Shown here: positions 1 to 8,792 of the stretch, in pieces
Layout: each line of letters begins with the position of its first letter
How positions within the stretch are numbered: the first letter of the stretch is position 1
Source: Leptolyngbyaceae cyanobacterium
GTDB lineage: Bacteria; Cyanobacteriota; Cyanobacteriia; Phormidesmidales; Phormidesmidaceae
Direction: 5' to 3'
Length of the DNA stretch: 15,427 bases
Assembly (NCBI GenBank): GCA_965263355.1
Contig: CBDHHL010000001.1
Span: forward strand, 1-15,427
Translations under genes and position numbers: made by a program
Notes under the pieces: model-generated
Databases searched by the model: none
Seen by the model: only the letters and a program-made list of their open reading frames with translations
What the model was told of the DNA's origin: nothing

Positions 1-802
1 CCGGTGACCCGAAGTCGTGGTGTGAGGGACTGGAACGCTGCTGCATGGACTTGATGGCCGCGGCCGTGGCCGCGTGGTGGCCGTAGAGGCCACCGGGTGG
101 GGTGGAGGAGGAATACTGCTGACCAGGGGAAGGGGAGGGCGACCCTCCGCTGCCGTTGCCGCCACTATTGCCCGTAGTATTACTGGAACCATAGGAACTG
201 CCACCTCCCCCACCACCCGTGCTGTCTAAATATGCACTGAAGGGCGTAGAGAGTGTTCCAGAGCCACCGTTACTGTCTCCCATAGGATCGGCCCCGCCAT
301 AGTGTCCATAATGAGGGTGCTGGCCGTGGTGCTGTTGATGATGCTGCTGCTGTTGGGAGGGGTGTAATACTGAAGTCTGATGGTGGTGAGGGTGGAGTCC
401 GCCGTGGGAATGATATGTGGGGTAGTGTGCATGGCCAGCAGCGGCAGCGGCCGCCGCTGCGGCGGCTGCCGCGGCCCCGTCTAGGTTGGCGTACTGCAGA
501 CCGTTGTCCGAGATGATGCCGCCGCCGCCCGGGGACGTGGAGGGCGAGTTGACGAGGTTATTGGAGGACCCCGTTGAGCTCCTGCCCTCGTGGCCTCCGT
601 GGTGCTGCTGGTGTTGGCTGTAGGAGCCGTTGTTCTCGGTACTGTTGGCCCCGTTGTTGGAGCAAAAGTCGGTGGTTCCGGTGTTTATGGACCCAGGACC
701 TCCGGCCCCAGGAAAGTGCTGCTGCTGGGAGTAAGCCTCAGGACTGCACATGCCGAACATGGCGCCGGGGCTGGCGGCCAATAGAGCTGGGTTGGAGTTC
801 AT
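1..802 (-). CDS. lab: 5' coding exon of a Hox1/labial-like homeobox transcription factor (partial; continues past the window start, homeodomain not visible)
   Basis: My translation from the ATG at 802 is open for 267 codons to the window edge; it is absent from the ORF track, probably because it has no stop in the window. It reads MNSNPALLAASPGAMFGMCSPEAYSQQQHFP...GGGGIISDNGLQYANLDGAAAAAAAAAAAAAGHAHYPTYHSHGGLHPHHHQ... The region is GC-rich with His/Gln/Gly/Ser/Ala runs typical of Hox N-termini. IISDNGLQYANLD (479-517) resembles the N-terminal (I)xxxxGLSYTNLD motif I recall from arthropod Labial proteins. The gene name rests on this motif only. Confidence 0.75.
   Translation of the reverse strand, partial: MNSNPALLAASPGAMFGMCSPEAYSQQQHFPGAGGPGSINTGTTDFCSNNGANSTENNGSYSQHQQHHGGHEGRSSTGSSNNLVNSPSTSPGGGGIISDNGLQYANLDGAAAAAAAAAAAAAGHAHYPTYHSHGGLHPHHHQTSVLHPSQQQQHHQQHHGQHPHYGHYGGADPMGDSNGGSGTLSTPFSAYLDSTGGGGGGSSYGSSNTTGNSGGNGSGGSPSPSPGQQYSSSTPPGGLYGHHAATAAAIKSMQQRSSPSHHDFGSP
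437..475 (-). repeat. Polyalanine tract (13 Ala, mixed GCN codons) in the labial-like CDS
   Basis: Minus strand reads GCC GCG GCA GCC GCC GCA GCG GCG GCC GCT GCC GCT GCT. Confidence 0.9.
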
Positions 803-3800
803 GATGATGTTTAATTGATGATGGTACACGCGTCTTGTTAGATATCACAGAACGTTCCGGGGGAACTATTGGTTTCTTGCAGTCAGTTTTTTTTCTCAAA
901 TGATTGCTTGCTGAGACGGCCGAGTTATCTTGCTTATCTGAGAGTCAAATTAGCTGGAGACTCTTTCGCTTATGTATGGCTTTCACCTCCTTTACAGGCA
1001 CTTTGCTCATTCACATCTTGAGCGATAGCAAGCTCAGAAGATTGCAAGAAAAACTTCGTGACAGCCTTCTTGCTGCCTCTATCACACCGAAAGCACTGCT
1101 CATTCACTTATAAGTAGGAATATTAACCAAAGCTCTCACTGTTTGCATCAAATCGAGATATTTATTCAAAGTGTGACCCTCTCAAATGGCCTGGGCTTTT
1201 CAGACCACGGGGGGACGTCGATCAGTCACTGAGTTTCCGATGACAAGGAGATGCAGATGGCTGATGATGATATCATGCACTCATTGTATGCAGTTTAAAG
1301 TGGACTAAAAACCCCTTGCTCTCTATCTATCTCGGGAAGGAGGGAGTTGGGAAGGAGGGGACGTGCGGTCGAGGGGGGCTTAGTGTCTCTGCTCATCGGT
1401 CCGCAGTGCGGCGTCCTCCGGTTACACAGTGTTATACTGAGCAAAGGCTAGAAGGGGGGCGCTCGCAGGTCATATAAGCCCTTATAGCTTGCCTGCTGAG
1501 AGCTCACAGTGTTCTTTCTTGTAGTCTGGTGGTGTGGCATTGTTGGTAGGTTTGTGAGCGGCATTCTCTTCTCTCTCTGTTTCCCCCAGAGTGCCAGCAG
1601 AGTATGTATGAAGGTGATCCGTCTTCTGGCGAAGGCTTTTTTCGATCTCTTTTTTTTTCCCTGACGACCAGCTAGCAAGCCAAGCCCAAGAGGAACGTGT
1701 GCTTGTGGAGAGGAGGGGGGATCCTATATAACATAAGAATAGCATACAAGTTATATAGTAAGTGCACATGTACAAGGGAAGAGTATGTGCATGTTCGCAA
1801 GGCATCGCTCTGAAGGCATTGTGTGTCTTAAAAAAGTTCTACTTGTGTCAAAATATAAATTCCTTGGGCACATTTTCAAAATTTTGCACGTACCAAATTG
1901 CTTTTTGCTCTGAACACGTGAAAGCAATGTTACTAAACCAACAAAAAAATACATGCTTACTAGTAGTGCATTTAATAGTGCCTTTCTTAAGCAAAAACAG
2001 CACTTGAATTAGATCAGGTTGCGCACTAGGCTATATCCTGGCTTTTCAATGCAATTTTACTGGTCTCTTAACTCTCATTGTTCTTATAATCCTGTCTTCC
2101 TCTGCCATTGCACTTCTATATACTGTACACCAGGGATAGTGTACACTCACATGTATTCAGTGCGTGTGTATGTGCGACATGAGATATGTTATGTGTACAA
2201 GAGTTTGTCTGCTCCAGGCTTCGATTTTTTGGGGGGCTTCTCTGCTGGGGGGATCTCCCAAAAATGAATTTGCGACCTTTAAGATCGGAGATTGGCTGGC
2301 ATTCTTATTTGATGTTTTTGCCAATGAAATATCAGATGAGTTAGGGCTTTACCTGATGCATGCCTTCGTTTGAAAGGTGCGCCAATATCTGCCTATGAAA
2401 GGTTCTCTAGCCCGACCTACGTTCTTTCATGGCTTATAACAAAATCTGTCTACAGAGCTCTCAGCCAGAGATAAAGGCTTCGGTTATTATGAATTCATGC
2501 AAAGGCAACATTTCTTTCTTTCTCATTGTTGCTGGCTTTGCTAAGAAGTTGGCATCTGAAAAACTCGGAAAACGCGAAAAGCTTTTTGTTTTCGAATTGT
2601 TTTCATTTCGCGAAACTTGGAAAAATATTCTGAAGTGAAACAAAACGTGCGTGCACATAGATTTCAGATTGTAGATTAGATTTGTGATTCCACACATTAC
2701 AAATATCCAATGTGAAGTCATCCAGACATGTGGTTTAAAGCCTTCATAAGCCGTTATAAGTTAAATAAGTCATATTTGTAGTTGTTGATCTTATAAATGA
2801 ATTATATTTTACTTTTTAGAGTGTCCATGTGAAGTGAAAACATTGACTTGTCACCATCAATTAAGTTTGATATCCTCAAACTCAAATTCTAGACTTGAAT
2901 CTCACTCATCTTCGTCTACATTCGTCCATCGGTCATATTGCAACCTAATGAGTTTTATGTCCATTTGGGTCAATTTTCAAGAGGTGCATTAAAAAGTAAA
3001 AAAAAATGTTTGGTCTCTTATGCCAAATCAAACAATAGGCCAAACACAAAACTATGGTTTTCCCTGAGAAATAATTATCAGGATGAAAATCTGATTGCAC
3101 TGTAATTTGGTAAAATTTGTATGTGTAATATTTGGTGGCAATTTCAAATTTGATATTAGGATTTTTTTCCTGTGTGTGTCTTTTCTTTGTTTCCCATGCT
3201 ATAAGCCAAATAAGCCAATAGGGGGCCACTGTAGTATAATACAAGTATAAGGGGGCAAGGCTTGGGTAATAACAATATTTTGTCCAAGACGAAAAACCGT
3301 TGAGTCTCTTCTTTTTAGTTCTTTGTTTTCTCGAATATAGTTATTACGGCATTTTCCAAGGGGCCAACCGAGAAAACTTTGCCGCCGTCCGATATTTTGT
3401 AGCTGCTTTTCCTTTAATAAAGGCCCGGTTATATCAAGATTTTAACCAAAGTTAAATGGCAACACTGCTAATTAGTTACTGAGCAGTGTCCGCACTTTAT
3501 GAACAAACTGTCGTGTCAGGGGTGTCGATGTGTCAATTGAAGTAATAGGTTTTGTATGACGGAGCCTTTATATCTTGTAGGGTAATTGTTGTCCGCCGTT
3601 CTGATCGATTCGTGATGAAGCCCTTGCTCTCCTTGCTTTTTCCCAGAGGCGTAGCAAAGAAGAACTTTTCTCAATAAACGGATATTGTATCTCTCTCTCT
3701 CCTTCTTCTCCTACAGTATTGCGTCTTGGGAGGAGCATGTACACGTTATTATAACCTAAGAGCCCCCTACTCCTCCCTGAGAGATAGCACAGTGAGAGAG

Positions 3801-4272
3801 GAGAGGGGGGCTAATATCAAAGTTGGAGGAATATAATAATAGTGTAGGCTTCCCCTTCTCCTCCCTTTCCCCCTTGGGCTTTACATTGTGAGGTTCATTT
3901 TTCCCTGCTAGCCAAGAAATGAGAAAAGAATGCCGAACGCGGCAGCCAAAAAAGCGAATGTTACACACATGCATAGTTGTAACCCAACAACACGAGCCTC
4001 TGGTCCCTTACATATAAAAGCACTCTATTCTATACTTCAGCTGCAGACTTTGCTATATATATATCTATAATATTGTAGCATAGAATTTTGGTGGATCTAT
4101 AGTTGGGGCCAGAGCAACTGTACGGCTCGAAAAACTTTGGATCGACCGACAGAATGACGGATCGGTTTTTCCTTGCCTCTTTCTTTCCTTGCTTTGCCCG
4201 CGGGAGAGAGGGGAACACTAGAGTTATTATATGCTAACACTGACTGCAAAGCCCTTATAAACCTATTTACTA

Positions 4273-4287
4273 CAGCGCCATCTATTG
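4273..4287 (-). promoter_or_regulatory. Candidate CTCF-type insulator motif
   Basis: CAATAGATGGCGCTG on the minus strand resembles the CTCF core (TAGATGGCGC). It is a single motif match with no functional data. Confidence 0.35.
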
Positions 4288-7200
4288 CAAGACTTACTTT
4301 ACATTGCCAAATGCCATGATGGGCCTATATTACGAATCTGAAATAGGTTCAAGTTGATTAATTGGTTTATATGAGTGTCTTTGGTTACTATAAGTAATCC
4401 TGAGAGTAACACAGCAGAAGGCAAAACTTTGGCTTGAGTGCAACGTAGAGAAGGTTTTCACAGCAACGTCTACTCCGTGTACACACACACCACCATCTCA
4501 TCCCCCTCCTGCTTTATAATACGTACCCTGGCCCTCTCTACTCTGCAATTGTGTTCTGTCCGAAAGAGCTTCTTCTTTAGTACTATGCTCTTATACTTGT
4601 ATAATGTCTGTGTACTCTGAAAAAAGTGTGGCGTCTGTTTGCCCGTCGGCCGGAAGGAGGAGTCACGTGATGACAGACGACCAATCACGTAGAAAGGAAG
4701 GGAAGAGGAGATAGAAAGTATGTGCAAAAGAATATGTAAGATTATATGTGAACAATGTGAATTGCCCACAAACATGATCAATCTTCCCGGCCGACTGTCA
4801 ATAGTCAGTTATTTAACATTTGCATTATTTCTGAGTCATACTATACAGAATTCGAATGTTATGCCGTTATCCCTTACAATATTTAAAGCATAACACAACT
4901 ATTACTATGTTGCGCAAATATGTAAAGTAGCCATATTAGTTATGAAATGTTACTCAGATTAGGACACCTATATGTATACATAAAAAGCTGGCTGTGTACG
5001 CAATTTCGTTCTGCTCCAAGTGTTGTGTCTCCTACTTTCTGCTGACTCACGGTGACACTCACATATTTTTGGCCTATCAAAAAAAGAAGCCCAGTTATGT
5101 CACAGATAAAGCCAATAAAGGCAACAAATGCCGCCACCAGCTTGTGCTCTGCTTTCACAGTAGTGTGACCAATCTCATTACACGACGTGTGTACTGATTA
5201 AAGCGCCAGATTTCTCCTGTCTGTATAGAATGTAAGAAGATTCCCAAACCTTTACACTTTTTTTCCTTTAAAAGTCATGGGGGTCAAAAGGGCAGATTCT
5301 TAGTTTCCTTGCATTTTCCAAAGGGTTTTTTTCTTATGAAAATAATTGATTGCACTCTTTGACTTCATCTTGCAATATTGCAGTAAATAGACTTTGGTCT
5401 CGCCTTTCGGCGGAAAGAGAACTACACAAACCAACTCATTAAGGAAGATGGAGCACTTTTGGCAAATGTCAACTCTTCCTGTGACCACATTTAGCATTTA
5501 GCTCTGAATAAATTTCTCTCAGTGCACTTGAACTTAACAGCCAAAGATGGATGCATTCAATAAAACAAGTGCTACTCATTTATCTCATTCGATCTTGCCC
5601 AACGTCAAAAGTTGCGCGTTCGCCTTTCAATACGAACGCATACGAAAGCTCCACAAATGTTCCGTATCTTTTCTATGTCAAAGTGTCCTTTACTATTGTT
5701 TCTATTAGTGTATCAAGTGCCCTTTAGTTTCTTTTCTTGTGATGTTTTGCTCAATGTTGGTGGAAAGGGTGAATGATGAATCGGTGATGGCGATCATCTT
5801 GACGATAGCTCTAGAGAGGAGAATATAGAATTTTTACTCCTGTCTTATCAATAATAGACATAATTTTTTTGGTTTATTTTCAATTTGAAATTAGCTAAAT
5901 CGGTCACCTTCCTAAACTAATTTTGTTTGTGCATCTAAAGTGGTATATTGCATATTTAATATTGTATATTTTCTTAATGAAAATTTGCTTATAAAATTTA
6001 AGTTAAATGGCTCCCTATCTGTCTCTTAGAACTTTGGTGACAAATGCTGTCCACATAATTTGACATCAATGGCCCCTCTTCACCAGAAAATTAATTGTGT
6101 TCAGGGAGGCCACACGCGACGCACCATAACACTCTGGAGATCCGGGGGACTGATACGAAAAATGCCAAGGCTCCCACTCTTAGAGTAGGTTAGCATACTA
6201 GCTCAGACACTGCTGTGCGTCAACAAGCAATTATGGAAAAGGCAAAATTGGCTTATCGACAAAACAGCATGTCTGCTTGATTGCTTTTTCGATATATGCA
6301 TATAATTATGGGATTTGTTTCTTGCCACACTTTCTTTGTCATAACAGGCCTATATTACGGACAGTGTTGTGAAAATTTTCGCTCTGAAAAGCGTTCAGTG
6401 TTGCCATTAATCGAATCACTTTGTGGCCGCACCCTCAAAAACCGTGTGCGGCTTATTTGTCCCCGCTTTTCAGACCAGTAAACAATCTCGATGAAAAATT
6501 GATTTCCAGGTTGGAGAAAAGATCATTAATTACATGAAAAGTCGAGAGTTTTTGTTGCTTTTTGGGGTTTGAGTCCATAAATTTCTCGATCGTCGGTGTT
6601 GATGGCACTCCATATTGTCACCTCTGGAATGCGAGTCATTTGATGCATGATCATGTTACATTTGGGATGGAAATTCAAGCAAAGCATATGAATGATAACT
6701 AAGTAGTTACAGTTTTGGGAAAGATGGACACTACTAACCTGGTACAAATCATTTTTTGATGGTGCCTATGGCAATTTATTAGCTTTAATTGGATTTTTAT
6801 TGTAAATAAAATAAAAATTAAAATAAAATAAGACACTTCTTTGCTCTTGAATGAGTTCGTGTTATTGCTAGCGGCACGCGCTGACTGTCAAGCATCTTAT
6901 CCTCTGTCGCTACCTGTGGCAATAAATTTCTCCTGTCACCAAATTATGTTAATCCCATTGCGCATCATCGATACCTCAGACTTGTGATCCTGCTAATTGC
7001 CGAATTTTCGTGGAGAAAAGCTCACTTTTGAATCTTTGAATGACTTCGCTACCCCTGTCAAAGTTGTTCGGCAAGTGTCTCTCGTCAAAGAGCAGTAATG
7101 TCTATGAGACATTGGGTTATGCGTGGTGGTATTGGATAATATGCCACATAGCCGGCGGTTGGCACACAGAGAGGCTTCAAAGTGAAAATTCTGAAAATCT

Positions 7201-7450
7201 TCTGGTTTTTCTGAGAGAAATGAGACATTAATGAGTGGAAAACCAGCCCTCACCCTCCAGCAGACTTCCTCCATGCATGAAATGCAATACTATGTAGTAC
7301 TCTTCTTACTTATTCATTTGCTGCACAGACACACCAAAACTTACTCAGTGTCGTCACTTTCTCGGTTACTCTTATTACATTTACAACAACTGGCTCATAC
7401 AAAAACAGACTTCAGCTCCAGGATAGTTTGTTACCTCATCATGTGTATTT

Positions 7451-7558
7451 TAAGGGTGAACGTAGACACACTGAATAAAACTGAATAAAACGAGATATTT
7501 CATGTTCACCTTACTAAAAATAATTTTAAATTATTTAGCGTGTCTGAATTCACCCTTA
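7451..7558. mobile_element. MITE-like 108-bp element with imperfect terminal inverted repeats
   Basis: Left end TAAGGGTGAACGTAGACACACTGAATAA versus reverse complement of the right end TAAGGGTGAATTCAGACACGCTAAATAA: 23/28 identical. TA lies at both extremes, the interior is AT-rich, and there is an internal CTGAATAAAA tandem duplication. Confidence 0.5.
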
Positions 7559-8514
7559 CTCACAAATGTATGTTTGTTATGCTAACTTAGTCAAGAGTGT
7601 TTTTTTATTCTGAACTTGGCTGTTGTTGTGCTAACCCTCTATAGAGTTTTAGACTGTGTGCACTGGTATTCTACTATGCTGCTGTAATTCGTGTTATTGT
7701 GTTTTGTGGCCAAGATAGATCTCTCTCTGGGTCTCCCTTCTTGCTCTCAGCAAGTGCTCCATCATGCCCTGACAGCAAGCGCTCTTTGGCCGCCAGATTG
7801 CCGCCATCTCATCTTTTGTTAGGAAGCTTGCAACTTAGACAAAAATTTAAAAAATATAAAAATATTATTTTAGGATTGGTAAAAATAAGTTGAATTTATT
7901 ATGTACATTATATTGAAATGATGAATACTCATAGGAATTCAAAGATTATAACATAACAACCGTATATGGAGACCCGTTTCAAATTTAAACTTGATAAAAT
8001 GATATCAAGTTTTAAAAAGGTAAAAAAAAATCAAGTTGAAGCATTTATATGTATGCTTAAAAGAATGATTGTAATCTTGTAAGCAAAGCAGAATTAAGAT
8101 TATGCGTACTTTCATTTCATTTATGAACATCATTTTGCAAATTTGAATGCAATTCAAAAACTTGCTTATTTCATACAGCTGGTTCCATTCTAAATACTCT
8201 CTCCAGGAATAAATGTAAAAAGAGAAAGAAATGTTGGTATTATTCTTATTTACAGAGAGAGAGAGAACCGGCAAAGTGAGGACGGGAAAATGGATGAGTT
8301 TCACCGAGATGTCGTCTGATGCACCAAACTAAAGTTATTGAACTCACTCGATCAAACGAGGAGAATGCTGAACTGTGTATAAGCGTTTATGTAGTTTTAG
8401 CGTCCATGACTAATTCCGACTTTAAAGTTGGAATATTTCCGACCAGTCCTAGATTGCACTTATTCTGACCCTTTTCTGAAGTTTGATTAATTCCGACCAA
8501 AACATGAAATCTTG

Positions 8515-8601
8515 GCAGTAAAGGTAGACTAGCTCTTATCTGTATCGCGTTCAGAGAGCAACTGATTGCTCGTTTATTACAGAGAAGGCGCACACGCACC
8601 A
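8515..8601 (-). repeat. 3' LTR (starts TG directly after the PPT; lacks the last 10 nt present in the 5' LTR)
   Basis: Minus strand: PPT AGGGGGGAGA, then TGGTGCGTG, then the 78-bp core TGCGCCTTC...TTTACTGC, which is identical to 14496-14573. Confidence 0.9.
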
Positions 8602-8611
8602 TCTCCCCCCT
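8602..8611 (-). other. Polypurine tract (plus-strand primer)
   Basis: AGGGGGGAGA immediately 5' of the TG that opens the 3' LTR. Confidence 0.9.
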
Positions 8612-8792
8612 GTTAATAAGACATGAAAAATACAATTTTGAAACAGGGTTACAAAAAATTGTTACATATTTATATTGTCTTATTGACACAACTTCATTCT
8701 TCATAGACTTGTCTACGTTTACTGAGTAATGCACTAGGAGTGGCAAGTCCAACTCCTGTAAAGAAAAAACACCAAAGAGTTTCACAAGATCT

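Noticed and set aside
226..804. ORFs 226-432(-), 574-804(+) and 590-784(+)
   Set aside because: Alternative-frame or antisense shadows of the GC-rich labial-like exon.
1405..1490. Possible labial core promoter (TATA-like at ~1472-1477, TCAGT at 1436-1440, GGACG at 1412-1416, minus strand)
   Set aside because: The spacings do not fit TATA -30 or DPE +28 relative to the Inr, so a TSS cannot be called.
904..8304. Many 60-107 aa ORFs in the upstream region
   Set aside because: No recognisable motifs or codon bias, and many have non-ATG starts. This is as expected for random non-coding DNA.
803..8514. Hox-cluster microRNAs, tRNA or rRNA genes, CRISPR-like arrays
   Set aside because: I saw no miR-10-like sequence, cloverleaf or repeat-spacer array by eye. 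An Rfam/Infernal scan would be needed to exclude them formally.
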